Shown in pieces: positions 54,143 through 63,759 of a stretch of 64,000 bases of DNA. Below the pieces are notes generated by a model. The model made no database searches. It saw only the letters and a program-made list of their open reading frames with translations, and was not told the origin of the DNA. Each line of letters opens with the position of its first letter. Positions within the stretch are counted from its first letter, which is position 1. A program made the position numbers and the translations under genes. Location of the stretch: positions 3,296,001-3,360,000 of the forward strand of contig OY762897.2 in assembly GCA_963666515.2 (NCBI GenBank), read 5' to 3'. This stretch comes from Candidatus Binatia bacterium (GTDB taxonomy: Bacteria; Desulfobacterota; Binatia; UBA9968; JAJDTQ01).

Positions 54143-55159
54143 ATGCGCGGCGTGATGTTCAACGGCAACCGAGAGTGCGAGATACGGGAGTTCCCGGACC
54201 CCCACGCGGGACCCGGTCAGGCGGTGGTCAAGATCCGCGCCTCGGGAATGTGCGGCACCGACCTTCACCGCTACCGCGGCGACGTGGCCATCGACGCCAT
54301 CACCGGCCACGAGCCCTGCGGCGTCATCCACGAGTTGGGCGCCGGCGCCCCGGCCGGGCTCAAGGTGGGCGATCGGGTGGTGGTGCACCACTACGAGGGC
54401 TGCGGCATCTGCGAGATCTGCGCCAAGGGCTTCGAGCAGGCCTGCCCGCACGGCCACGTCACTTTCGGCGGCGTGGACGCCCACGGCGCCAACGCCGACT
54501 ACATCCTGGTGCCGTCGCGCCTGCTGATCCATCTGCCCGAAGAGCTGTCCTTCGAGGGCGGCGCGGCCATCTCCTGCGGCACCGGCACGGCCTGGAACGG
54601 CCTCAAGAAGATCAACGTGGCCGGCGGCGACGTGGTGTCGATCTTCGGCCAGGGGCCGGTGGGACTGAGCGGGACCCTGTGCGCCAAGTACATGGGGGCC
54701 AAGGTCATCGCCGTCGACGTGGTGCCGGAGCGGCTGGAGCTGGCGCGCGGCTACGGCGCCGACCACGTCATCAACGCCAAGGACACGGATCCGGTGGAGG
54801 CTATCAAGGAACTGACCGGCGGGTTGGGATCGACCGCTGCGCTGGAGACCTCCGGCAACCCCGAGTGCCGCAGCCAGATCCTCAAGGCCATGCGCACCTT
54901 CGGGCGCTGCTGCTACGTGGGCATGGGCCCTCCGTCCACCATCAACTTCCGCGACGACGTCATCTTCAAGGTGGCCACCATCATCGGCTCGTGGACCTTC
55001 AACAAATCCGAGCTGATCGAGATCTGCCGCTTCATGGTGGAGGAGAAGGTGCCCCTGGACGACCTCGTCACCCACCGCTTCGCCCTCGACGACGCCGTCG
55101 AGGCGTTCCGCATCTTCGACAGCGCCACCACCGGCAAGTGCGTGTTCGTGCTGGACTGA
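54143..55159 (+). CDS. Zinc-binding alcohol dehydrogenase (MDR family)
   Basis: GMCGTDLH, GHEPCG, CGICEIC...C, GQGPVG. Confidence 0.92.
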   Translation: MRGVMFNGNRECEIREFPDPHAGPGQAVVKIRASGMCGTDLHRYRGDVAIDAITGHEPCGVIHELGAGAPAGLKVGDRVVVHHYEGCGICEICAKGFEQACPHGHVTFGGVDAHGANADYILVPSRLLIHLPEELSFEGGAAISCGTGTAWNGLKKINVAGGDVVSIFGQGPVGLSGTLCAKYMGAKVIAVDVVPERLELARGYGADHVINAKDTDPVEAIKELTGGLGSTAALETSGNPECRSQILKAMRTFGRCCYVGMGPPSTINFRDDVIFKVATIIGSWTFNKSELIEICRFMVEEKVPLDDLVTHRFALDDAVEAFRIFDSATTGKCVFVLD

Positions 55160-55211
55160 AAGCGGGGAAGGCTCTTTCGTCTCATAGTATGTATCGGGTA
55201 TATACCAGTGC

Positions 55212-55676
55212 ATGTTCGTGGAGCAGGTGGTTTCCACCCTCCGGCGGTCGCGGGTGCGGTTCGCCATCGCCGGGGGGCACGCCGTGGCGCTGCACGGAGC
55301 GGTGCGCGGCACCCTGGACATCGATCTGGTGTTGACGTTGTCCCGTGAAAATTTCATCGCGGCCGAGAGGGCTCTCAACCGCATGGGCCTGCGGTCCCGC
55401 CTGCCCCTCGAGGCACGCGAGGTGTTCGATTTCCGCGAGGAGTACATCCGCAACCGGAACCTCATCGCCTGGAGTTTCGTCAACCCGGCGGACCCCACGG
55501 AGATCGTGGATATCATTCTCACCGAGGACCTGGAGACGATGCAGGTGGACATGGTTCCGGTCGGAAGGCTCCGCCTGCCGGTGGTGGCGGTGGCCGATCT
55601 GATCCGCATGAAGGAGAAAAGCGGCCGGCCGCAGGACGTCGAGGATGTTCTGGCATTGAGGCGCATCAGCTCATGA
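55212..55676 (+). CDS. Minimal nucleotidyltransferase-fold protein (DUF6036-like)
   Basis: IAGGHAVALHG, RGTLDID, LIRMK..SGRPQD..D. Confidence 0.75.
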   Translation: MFVEQVVSTLRRSRVRFAIAGGHAVALHGAVRGTLDIDLVLTLSRENFIAAERALNRMGLRSRLPLEAREVFDFREEYIRNRNLIAWSFVNPADPTEIVDIILTEDLETMQVDMVPVGRLRLPVVAVADLIRMKEKSGRPQDVEDVLALRRISS

Positions 55677-55948
55677 GACCCGTACAGTACTTCACGGACG
55701 AGTATCTGGAGCAGTGCAAACGGATGAAGCCTGCCCAGATACTGCGGTTCCTGGACGAATTCCGCAGGCTTCATTCGGGGAGAGGGCGAAGCGGCAGCCG
55801 CCTCATCAGCCTCAAGGTCCCCGAGGACCTGCTGGAGGCGTTCAAGGCCAAGGCCCGGCTGCACGACGTGCGCTACCAGACTCAGATCAAGCGCCTGATG
55901 ACGGAGTGGGTGGCTCTCGCTGAGCATACTCGCGGAGCACGCGGTTGA
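55673..55948 (+). CDS. Small ribbon-helix-helix (CopG/BrnA-like) protein
   Basis: SRLISLKVPEDLLEAFKAKA...RYQTQIKRLM; ATGA-coupled to the nucleotidyltransferase. Confidence 0.7.
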   Translation: MRPVQYFTDEYLEQCKRMKPAQILRFLDEFRRLHSGRGRSGSRLISLKVPEDLLEAFKAKARLHDVRYQTQIKRLMTEWVALAEHTRGARG

Positions 55949-56189
55949 TCTCCGTTTGGTACCCACGTCCTCCTGGGGCGTTCGCCTTGAACCAAGCTAA
56001 CACGTCGGCATCCAATCTCAAGGTGATCTGTTGCTTCACCGGACGATAAAGCAGGCCGCGTTTGGTACCGGACCAGTCGAGAATCTCGGGTATGTCGGTC
56101 AGATTGATCTTCTCGTCCGGAAGGTGCGCCAGTGCTTTGATCTCTGCCTCCTGCTCCTTGTTCGGTGTTCTAGAAGTCGCCTTCTTCAT
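55887..56189 (-). CDS. brnA: BrnA antitoxin
   Basis: DIPE, YRPVKQQITLRLDADVLAWFK, GYQTEINRVLR. Confidence 0.88.
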   Translation of the reverse strand: MKKATSRTPNKEQEAEIKALAHLPDEKINLTDIPEILDWSGTKRGLLYRPVKQQITLRLDADVLAWFKANAPGGRGYQTEINRVLREYAQREPPTPSSGA

Positions 56190-56460
56190 AGGCCCTCCTT
56201 TCGTAGGCGGTGGCTTTTCGGGCACTGATGATGCGACCTACCTCTACTTCGGTTCCAGGCTCTACCCTGGGCCATGTGTGTGCCACGATCACGACGACGT
56301 TGCCTACCAGGCCGATGGTGTGCCAGCGTTCGTCGTCTGAATTCGGATCCGGCCGGTGGGCTGCCAACGGATCTTCGAACACTAGCCTGGCGGTATCGAA
56401 GCCGAGCCCGTGCTTTCGCTTGTTGGCTTGGCTCTTGTCTTCGTCCCATGTCCAGTGCAA
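56170..56460 (-). CDS. brnT: BrnT ribonuclease toxin
   Basis: WDEDK...NKRKHGLGF..A..VFEDP, ERW.TIG, RIISARKAT..ERRAY. Confidence 0.92.
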   Translation of the reverse strand: MHWTWDEDKSQANKRKHGLGFDTARLVFEDPLAAHRPDPNSDDERWHTIGLVGNVVVIVAHTWPRVEPGTEVEVGRIISARKATAYERRAYEEGDF

Positions 56461-56473
56461 TGATCAGGTCCCG

Positions 56474-56513
56474 ATTGTAACTACAATATGATAGCTACAG
56501 ACCTTCTTGTCAA
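56474..56513 (-). promoter_or_regulatory. brnTA promoter with palindromic operator
   Basis: Minus strand TTGACA(56513-56508)-17 nt-CATATT(56490-56485); palindrome ATTGTA-AC-TACAAT overlapping the -10. Confidence 0.65.
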
Positions 56514-56676
56514 CCAACGCTGCCCTCAGCCCAGAAAGGACATCTGACTCCGCCCCCTCTCAAAACATTGGCGCCCTACCCTCAACTGGTGATATCATCC
56601 GCCTCATCACGTCGAAAACGAACGGGTTCTCGCGTTCGGAGATCGTCCCCGTCTGAATCAGCCCGGAGGAACAAGG

Positions 56677-57429
56677 ATGCCCATCTGGCAAGAGTTGAGC
56701 TGGCCGCGGATCAAGGAGTGCGCGGAGAAGGGGTGCGTGGTGATCATCCCCATCGGCGTCATCGAGCAGCATGGGCATCACCTGCCGCTGGACACGGACG
56801 CGTTCTTCGCCCAGGAGATGGCCCGGGCGGCGGCGCAACGGGACCCGGAGATCCTGGTGGGGCCCACGGTGCCGTTCGGGTTCACGCCCAGCAACAAGAA
56901 CTTTCCCGGCAGCATCAGCCTCACCGCCGCCACCTGGACGGCGCTGATCCGCGAGATCGTCCGGTCGGTGCACCGCCACGGGTTCACCCGCATCGCCCTG
57001 CTCAACGGCCACGGCGGCCAGGTGGCGCTGTCCCGAGCCGCGGTGTCGGCGCTTCAGGACGAGGAAGGGATCCGCGTGGTGGTGCTCAACTGGTTCGGCT
57101 TGGTGGTCAAAGACATGGACCGGCTTTTCCCGGACGAGAACATGCCCGGAGGGCGCGTGGGCCACGCCGGCGCGGTGGAGACCTCCATCAACATGCACCT
57201 GCGAGGGGATCTGGCCGCGCAGGGCAGCCTCGAAACCCACCTCGGCCCGCAGATGCCCGACTTCGTGCGCCGGGTCGGAGGCTACATCCAGACGCCCCGT
57301 GAGGACCTGTCGCCCTCCGGGGTGATGGGCGACCCGAAACTCGCCAGTGCCGAAAAGGGCGGCGAGCTGTTCGAGTTGTGCGTGGAACGGCTGTGCGCGT
57401 TCGCGCGGGAGTACCGGGAGTCGGAGTAG
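56677..57429 (+). CDS. Creatininase family protein
   Basis: GVIEQHGHHLPLDTD, FPGSISL, NGHGG, GHAGAVETS, SGVMGDP. Confidence 0.9.
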   Translation: MPIWQELSWPRIKECAEKGCVVIIPIGVIEQHGHHLPLDTDAFFAQEMARAAAQRDPEILVGPTVPFGFTPSNKNFPGSISLTAATWTALIREIVRSVHRHGFTRIALLNGHGGQVALSRAAVSALQDEEGIRVVVLNWFGLVVKDMDRLFPDENMPGGRVGHAGAVETSINMHLRGDLAAQGSLETHLGPQMPDFVRRVGGYIQTPREDLSPSGVMGDPKLASAEKGGELFELCVERLCAFAREYRESE

Positions 57430-57542
57430 CCGCCGCGACGGGAACCGGGACCTGCCCCGCCTCCGCCCGCCGCATATCTCGCAGGCTACCGCCCAATCTG
57501 GTACACACTGGAAAGTTCCATCAGGTCACAGGGAGGAATGCA

Positions 57543-57833
57543 ATGTCGCTTCGACTCATCGTCACCATCAACGCCGTCGAGGGGAAGGGCGCGGAGCTTG
57601 CCGACGCCTATCGGGGGCGTTGCGAGGAAGTCATGAAGGAGCCGGGATGCGAGCAGTTCGAGGTGTTCCGCAGCGTGGTGAACCCGGACAAGATGGTGAT
57701 CATCGAGCGCTGGGTGGACCAGGCCGCCCTCGACGTCCACGCGCAGGTGAACACCACCCGGCCGCCGCTCAAGCCGGAGCTCCGGGCCGGCGGCACCGAG
57801 CGCGAGGACTACGAGTACAACCGCACCCGCTAG
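57543..57833 (+). CDS. Antibiotic biosynthesis monooxygenase (ABM) family protein
   Basis: EPGCEQFE, IERW...ALDVH; GGAGG RBS. Confidence 0.85.
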   Translation: MSLRLIVTINAVEGKGAELADAYRGRCEEVMKEPGCEQFEVFRSVVNPDKMVIIERWVDQAALDVHAQVNTTRPPLKPELRAGGTEREDYEYNRTR

Positions 57834-57918
57834 CATCCTGTCCGGGTCCCGTCCCCAGTGAAACACGCTCCGGGGAACGCGGGCGGCGCCCCGCTCCCCG
57901 GCAGAAAGGTCGCCGTCC

Positions 57919-59100
57919 ATGCCCGCAGCACTCGAAGGCATCAAGATACTCGACGTCACCAACTACATAGCCGGCCCCTACGCCTCGCTCCTGCTGGCCG
58001 ACCTGGGCGCGGACGTGTACAAGATCGAGACCCCCGGCAAGGGGGACCCGTTCCGCACCTGGGACAAGGAGCCCAAGGACTACAGCCCGAGCTTCTGCGC
58101 GCTCAACCGCAACAAGAAGAGCGTGACCCTGGACATGAAGGCGCCGGAGGGCCGGGAGGTGTTCCTCAAGCTGGCCGGGGACGCGGACGTCATCGTTGAG
58201 AACCTGCGCCCCGGCGTGGTGGACCGGCTGGGCATTGGCTACGACGTGGTGCGCGAGCTGAACCCGCGCATCATCTACTGCTCCATCTCCGCCTTCGGCC
58301 AGGACGGCCCGTACCGGGAACGGCCCGGCTACGACACCATCGGCCAGTCCCTGTCCGGTCTCTTGAGCGTCCTTACCGACGTCGAGAAGCCCCACGGCCC
58401 GGGGGCGGCCTTCTCCGACCACCTCGGCGGCGTCTTCGGCTGCTACGGCGTGCTGGCGGCGCTGGCGGCGCGGGAACGCACCGGCGTCGGCCAGAAGGTG
58501 GAGACCTCGCTGCTGGAGTCCACCATCTGCTTCCTGGGGCTGAGCATGACCCAGTACCTCTTCAGCGGCGAGGTGCCGAGCATGCGCAGCCGCATCAAGA
58601 CCGCCGGCGTCTACGCCCTGGTGGCGGGCGACGGCAAGCCCTTCGTCATCCACCTGTCCCATCCGCCCAAGTTCTGGATCGGCGTCACCGAGGTCATGGG
58701 GCGCCCGGACTTCCAGACCGACGAACGCACCAAGGACCGCCCGGCGCGGGCGAAGAACTACGACTTCATCTCCGAGACCTTCGGCGCGGTGGTGCAGTCG
58801 GCGCCGCGCGAGCACTGGCTCGCGGAGCTGCGCGCCCGCGACGTCCCGTGCGCGCCCATCAACAACTTCGCCGAGGTCTTCGAGGACCCGCAGGTCCGGC
58901 ACCTGGACGCCCTGTGGGACGTGGACCATCCCGAGTTCGGCCCGTTCAAGCTGGTGCGCAACGGCCTCAACCTGCTGGACACTCCCATCACCCTGAAGCT
59001 CCGCCCGCCGACGCTGGGCGAGCACAACGAGGAGACCCTGACCGCGCTGGGGTACAGCGCCGACGAGATCCGCTCCTTCCGGGAAAGAAACATCGTATGA
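57919..59100 (+). CDS. Family III CoA-transferase (CaiB/BaiF)
   Basis: LADLGADV.KIE, NRNKKS, ENLRPG, RPGYD, PTLGEHN. Confidence 0.93.
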   Translation: MPAALEGIKILDVTNYIAGPYASLLLADLGADVYKIETPGKGDPFRTWDKEPKDYSPSFCALNRNKKSVTLDMKAPEGREVFLKLAGDADVIVENLRPGVVDRLGIGYDVVRELNPRIIYCSISAFGQDGPYRERPGYDTIGQSLSGLLSVLTDVEKPHGPGAAFSDHLGGVFGCYGVLAALAARERTGVGQKVETSLLESTICFLGLSMTQYLFSGEVPSMRSRIKTAGVYALVAGDGKPFVIHLSHPPKFWIGVTEVMGRPDFQTDERTKDRPARAKNYDFISETFGAVVQSAPREHWLAELRARDVPCAPINNFAEVFEDPQVRHLDALWDVDHPEFGPFKLVRNGLNLLDTPITLKLRPPTLGEHNEETLTALGYSADEIRSFRERNIV

Positions 59101-59134
59101 CGGGCGCCGCCTCCCGGCGCCCCGGCCGCCGCCC

Positions 59135-60247
59135 ATGAGCCCGCCGTCCACGAGCCCGGGCGCCCGCGCGCTGGCGGCGCTGCGCCGGAGCGTCTCCGAT
59201 CTGCGCCAGCGCACGCCCGCCATACTCACCGCCCTGGTGGTGGGCATCCCGGCGGGATACTTCTGCGACTGGCTCAACCTGCCCATCCCCTGGATGATCG
59301 GGCCCATGGTGGCCGTCGCCGCGCTCAACCTGCTGGGCGTCTCCATGGATTCGCCGCCGTACGCGCGCCAGATGGGCCAGGTCCTGCTCGGCTCGGCGCT
59401 GTCCCTCTACTTCACCCCGCCGGTGGTAACGGCGCTGGCCGCCAACTGGGCGGTAGTCGTGCTGGCGACCCTGTCTACCTTCGTGATCGCGACGCTGGCG
59501 GCCGTCATCCTGAGCCGGGTTTCCGGGGTCGAGCCCCGCTCGACCTTCTTCGCGTCGATCCCGGGCGGCGCCATGGCCATGGCCAACCTGGCCCACCGAT
59601 ACGGCGCGCAGATCGCGCCGGTGGCGGTGGCCCACAGCCTGCGCGTCTCCATCCTCGTGCTGGTCATCCCCTTCGTCCTGACCTACGGCGGCATCCCGCT
59701 GGAGACCGGCGACTACCGGCCCGAGATCCCCCTCGACTTCGGCGTGCTGGCGCCCTGGCTGCTGGCGGGGTTCGTGCTGGGCGAGATTTCCGAGCGCCTC
59801 CACATGCACAACGGCTATCTGCTGATGCCGATCTTCTTCGGCGCGGCCTTCACGGTGAGCGAGGTGCAGCTCTCGGCGGTGCCGGAGTGGATGACGGATT
59901 TCGCCCAGCTCATGTTCGGCCTCGTGCTCGGGGCCCGCTATGAACGGGCCTTCTTCGCCCGCTACAAGCTGTTCATCCCGTTCGCGGTGCTGAGCTCCCT
60001 CTTCGCCCTGGCCGCCTCGATGGTGGTGGGGCTGGCGCTGGCCTGGGCGTTCGGGCTGCCGATCGCCACCATGATCATCTCCACCTCGCCCGGAGGCATG
60101 GCGGAGATGTCCATCACCGCCCAGGCCCTGGGCATCGGCGTCCCCGCGGTCATCGCCTTCCACCTGGCCCGCGTGGTAGTGGTGAACATGGGCACCCAGC
60201 ACATCTACGTCGGCGCCACACGCTGGCTAGGGCGCGGCCGACCGTGA
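59135..60247 (+). CDS. AbrB-family (AidB regulator-like) membrane protein
   Basis: LPIPWMIGP, FFASIPGG, HSLRV, SPGGMAEM, FHLAR. Confidence 0.85.
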   Translation: MSPPSTSPGARALAALRRSVSDLRQRTPAILTALVVGIPAGYFCDWLNLPIPWMIGPMVAVAALNLLGVSMDSPPYARQMGQVLLGSALSLYFTPPVVTALAANWAVVVLATLSTFVIATLAAVILSRVSGVEPRSTFFASIPGGAMAMANLAHRYGAQIAPVAVAHSLRVSILVLVIPFVLTYGGIPLETGDYRPEIPLDFGVLAPWLLAGFVLGEISERLHMHNGYLLMPIFFGAAFTVSEVQLSAVPEWMTDFAQLMFGLVLGARYERAFFARYKLFIPFAVLSSLFALAASMVVGLALAWAFGLPIATMIISTSPGGMAEMSITAQALGIGVPAVIAFHLARVVVVNMGTQHIYVGATRWLGRGRP

Positions 60248-60365
60248 CCCACGGACCGCCGGTGGCTTGCGCCGCGCGACGGTACGGTGTAGGGGCGGGT
60301 TGCGAAACCGTCCGCGTGCGGCCCGCGTGATCGGTCGGCACACTCTCCCAACGGCAGGAGGTATC

Positions 60366-61262
60366 ATGGAAGAGAATATCCGGTATTTCAGCGGCCCCGG
60401 CTACGGCCTGTCCGCGGTGGTCACCATCCCGGACGCCCGCGACCGGTCGCAACGCCATCCCGGCGTCATCCTGTGCCAGGGGTACGCCGGGCTCAAGGAG
60501 GCGCTGATGCCCGCGGTGGCCGAGCGCCTGGCCGCCGAAGGGTACGTGACGCTCCGTTTCGACTACCGCGGCTTCGGCGAGAGCGAAGGGCCGCGCCATC
60601 GTCTGATCCCCCTGGAACAGATCGAGGACATCCGCAACGGCCTCACCTGTCTTGGCGTGCGCCCGGAAGTGGACCCGGACCGCCTCGCCATCTGGGGCAC
60701 CAGCTTCGGCGGCGCCCATGCGGCCTACGCCGCGGCCGTGGATGAACGGGTCCGATGCATCGTCAGCGTCGTGGGCGTCGGCGACGGCGAACGCTGGCTC
60801 CGCTGCCTGCGCCGCGAATGGGAGTGGCAGGCGTTCCTGAAAGAACTGGACGACGACCGCAACCGGCGGGTGCTGAGCGGCCAGTCCCGGCGCGTGCACC
60901 CCTACCACATCATGGAGACGACTCCGGAAGGCTGGGAGTTCTGGAAGGAGACCGTGGCCGCCAATCCGGAGAGGGGCGAGGTCGAAATGCCCCTGGAATG
61001 CGCCGACGCCATCATCGAGTACAAGCCCGAGGCCGTCGCCCACGAGATCGGGTGCCCGGCCCTCTACGTCTCCGCCGAGCTCGACACCCTCACCCCGCTC
61101 GACGAGCAGTTGAACCTCTACGAAAACTCACCCGAGCCCAAGGACTACGTCGTGATTCCGGAGGTCAACCATCACGACATCTACAAGGAGCCGCACCTGA
61201 GCCACCTGCTGGACCTGTCCGCGGCGTGGTTCGACGAGCACCTGAAGGCGGTGGGCGACTAG
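60366..61262 (+). CDS. Alpha/beta hydrolase
   Basis: FDYRGFGESEG, GTSFGG nucleophile elbow, candidate Asp (ELDTL) and His (NHHDIY). Confidence 0.88.
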   Translation: MEENIRYFSGPGYGLSAVVTIPDARDRSQRHPGVILCQGYAGLKEALMPAVAERLAAEGYVTLRFDYRGFGESEGPRHRLIPLEQIEDIRNGLTCLGVRPEVDPDRLAIWGTSFGGAHAAYAAAVDERVRCIVSVVGVGDGERWLRCLRREWEWQAFLKELDDDRNRRVLSGQSRRVHPYHIMETTPEGWEFWKETVAANPERGEVEMPLECADAIIEYKPEAVAHEIGCPALYVSAELDTLTPLDEQLNLYENSPEPKDYVVIPEVNHHDIYKEPHLSHLLDLSAAWFDEHLKAVGD

Positions 61263-63571
61263 AGCGGCCTCGACCCCCGCAGCACCTCCAGCACCCGCTC
61301 CGGCCGGAGCGGCAGATCCTTCACCTTGGCGCCCCCCAGCGCGTTGGCCACGGCGTTGCCGATGGCGGGCTCCACCGGGCCGAGGGCGGCTTCGCCCATG
61401 CCCTTGGCGCCGAAGGGGCCGTCCGGGTGGGGATGCTCCACCAGGAGAGAGGTGAAGGTCTCGGGGTGGTCCTGCATGGACGGCGGCAGGTAGCTCAGGA
61501 AGGTGCAGTTGATGGGCTGGCCGTTGTCGAAGACCATCTCCTCGAAAAGCGACGAGCCCAGGGACATGAGCATGGAGCCCTCGTTCTGCAGGTGGCACTG
61601 GCGCGGGTTGATGGCCTTGCCGGCGTCCACCGCGGTGGCGAGGCGCACCACCCGCACCTTGCCGGTGTCGGTGTCCACCTCCACCTCGGCGGCACACGCG
61701 GACAGGAAGAAGAAGGCGGAAGCCTTGCCCTTGCCGGTGGCCGGATCGACGCCGCCGCGGCTCTGGAAGCCGGCGTTGCCGAACAGGCTGCCCACCGCAC
61801 CGCCGAACCGGGCGCGGAACAGGTCGCCGAAGGCGAGGCGCCGCTCGGGGACGCCGGCCACCTGCACGTGGCCGTCCCGCAACTCCAGGTCTCCGGGGTC
61901 GGCCTCCAGCTCGCCGGCGCCGATCTCCAGGAGCTGGTCCGCCACCTGGCGGGCCGCGGCGACCGCGGCGTTGCCCATGCTGAACACCGTGCGGCTGGAG
62001 CTGGTGGACTGGTCGAAGGGGGTCACGTCGGTGTCGGGCAGGGTGACGGAGACCCGCTCCCGGGGGATTCCCAGCACCTCGCTCACCATCTGCGCCAGGC
62101 TCGTCTGCACTCCCTGGCCGATGTCCACGCTGCCGGACAGGAGGGTGGCGGAACCGTCGGCGTTGAGCCGCAGGCCGGCGGAGGAATGGGAGGGCGTCAT
62201 GGTGGTCTTGATCATCACCGCCACGCCCTTGCCGCGCACCAGCGGCCCGGCCGCCCGGGGCGCCTGCTCCGCTCCGCCGCGCCACTCCACCGCCTGGGCC
62301 GCGGCCCGGAGACAGTCCTCCAGCCCCACCGCCTCCAGGGTGTCGCCGGTGACGAAGACGTCGCCGTCGTGGACCAGGTTCCGCAGGCGCATCTCCAGCG
62401 GGTCCAGCCCGAGTTGCCGCGCCATGTCGTCCATCTGCGCCTCGTAGGCCCAGCACACTTGCGGCACGCCGAAGCCCCGGTAGGGCCCGGTGGGCGGGGT
62501 GTTGGTGTAGACGCACCAGGAGGTGAGGCGCTGGTGCGGGATGCGGTAGGGTCCGCCGGACACCTCGCCGCCGTTGCGCGAGGTGGAAGGGCCGGTGAGG
62601 GCGTAGGCGCCGGTGTCGTAGACCGCCTCCACCTGCCGGGCCAGGATCGTGCCGTCGTGCTTGACGCCGGTCTTGATGCGCACCGCCGCGGCGTGGCAGT
62701 GGCCGGTGAGGAAGACCTCCTCGCGCGTGAGCTTCCACTGCACCGGCCGTCCGGCCTTGCGGGCCAGGGCCGCGGCCAGGGGCTCCAGCCGAAGGTGAAC
62801 CTTGCCGCCGTAGCCGCCGCCGACGTAGGGCACCACCACCCGCACCATGGACTGCGGCAGCTCGAACAGTTCGGCGAGCTGGACGCGGATGGACGAGGGG
62901 TTCTGCGTGGCGGAATGGACCGTGAGCTTGCCCGCCGCATCCCAGGAGGCGGTGACCACGTGGGGTTCGATGTGGCCGTGCTGGATCTTGGGGGTGGTGT
63001 AGGTGTCCTCGAAGACCAGGTCCGAGGCGGCGAAGCCCTCGTCGACGTCGCCGCGTCCGACGCTGTAGGAGGTGAGCACGTTGGCCCGGTCCTCGTAGTG
63101 GTAGTGGCCCTTGTCCAGGCGGCTCTCGGACTGCACCCGGGTCTCGTGGAGCACCGGCGCGTCCGGGGACATGGCCTCCACCGGGTCCAGCACCGGGGCG
63201 AGCGGCTCATACTCCACGCGGATGAGGTCGAGGGCTTCCTCGGCGATGTCCGGCTCTTCGGCCGCCACCGCGGCCACCACCTCACCGGCGTAACGGACAC
63301 GGTCCACCGCCACGATGGGCTGGTCCTTGACCACGGGTCCGAAATGAGAGTGGTCCGGGGCAAGGTCCGCACGGGTGAGCACCGCCGCCACGCCGGGAAG
63401 GGCCTCGGCGGCGCTTGCGTCCACGGAAACCAGCCGTGCGTGCGGATGAGGGCTCCTCAGAGCCTTGACATGGACGAGCCCCGGAAACTCCAGGTCGCCG
63501 GTGTACTGGGCGGCGCCGGTGACCTTCGCCGGCCCGTCCACCCGTGCCGCATTCTCGCCAATGTAACTCAT
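61259..63571 (-). CDS. Xanthine dehydrogenase family molybdopterin-binding large subunit
   Basis: KVTGAAQY, RSPHPHA, YVGGGYGGK, YRGFG, DIGQG, GAKGMGE. Confidence 0.92.
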   Translation of the reverse strand: MSYIGENAARVDGPAKVTGAAQYTGDLEFPGLVHVKALRSPHPHARLVSVDASAAEALPGVAAVLTRADLAPDHSHFGPVVKDQPIVAVDRVRYAGEVVAAVAAEEPDIAEEALDLIRVEYEPLAPVLDPVEAMSPDAPVLHETRVQSESRLDKGHYHYEDRANVLTSYSVGRGDVDEGFAASDLVFEDTYTTPKIQHGHIEPHVVTASWDAAGKLTVHSATQNPSSIRVQLAELFELPQSMVRVVVPYVGGGYGGKVHLRLEPLAAALARKAGRPVQWKLTREEVFLTGHCHAAAVRIKTGVKHDGTILARQVEAVYDTGAYALTGPSTSRNGGEVSGGPYRIPHQRLTSWCVYTNTPPTGPYRGFGVPQVCWAYEAQMDDMARQLGLDPLEMRLRNLVHDGDVFVTGDTLEAVGLEDCLRAAAQAVEWRGGAEQAPRAAGPLVRGKGVAVMIKTTMTPSHSSAGLRLNADGSATLLSGSVDIGQGVQTSLAQMVSEVLGIPRERVSVTLPDTDVTPFDQSTSSSRTVFSMGNAAVAAARQVADQLLEIGAGELEADPGDLELRDGHVQVAGVPERRLAFGDLFRARFGGAVGSLFGNAGFQSRGGVDPATGKGKASAFFFLSACAAEVEVDTDTGKVRVVRLATAVDAGKAINPRQCHLQNEGSMLMSLGSSLFEEMVFDNGQPINCTFLSYLPPSMQDHPETFTSLLVEHPHPDGPFGAKGMGEAALGPVEPAIGNAVANALGGAKVKDLPLRPERVLEVLRGSRPL

Positions 63572-63644
63572 AGAGAATTCTGTACTACCGTCATCAGTAC
63601 GGGAACAGTCAACGACAACCCGCTATCGTCGTTCCGGCCTCCTC

Positions 63645-63744
63645 CGTCATTCCGGCGAAAGCCGGAATCCAGGCGCGGGGAGGGGCAGACGGGAGTGAAC
63701 CTCCGCCCCACCCGTCCTGGATTCCGGCTTTCGCCGGAATGACG
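63645..63744. repeat. Inverted pair of gtcattccggcgaaagccggaatccagg repeats (REPIN-like doublet)
   Basis: 29-bp unit at 63645-63673 and exact reverse complement at 63716-63744. Confidence 0.85.
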
Positions 63745-63759
63745 ATGGCGGACGACCCC

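Noticed and set aside
56560-56656. Possible gene remnant (DIIRLITSKTNGFSRSEI) next to the TA cluster
   Set aside because: Too short to assign without a database search.
60755-63742. 995-aa plus-strand ORF and similar long antisense ORFs (7257-9572, 46079-48286, 33515-35599, 28140-30164)
   Set aside because: Shadow ORFs opposite well-supported genes in high-GC DNA, with no recognisable motifs.
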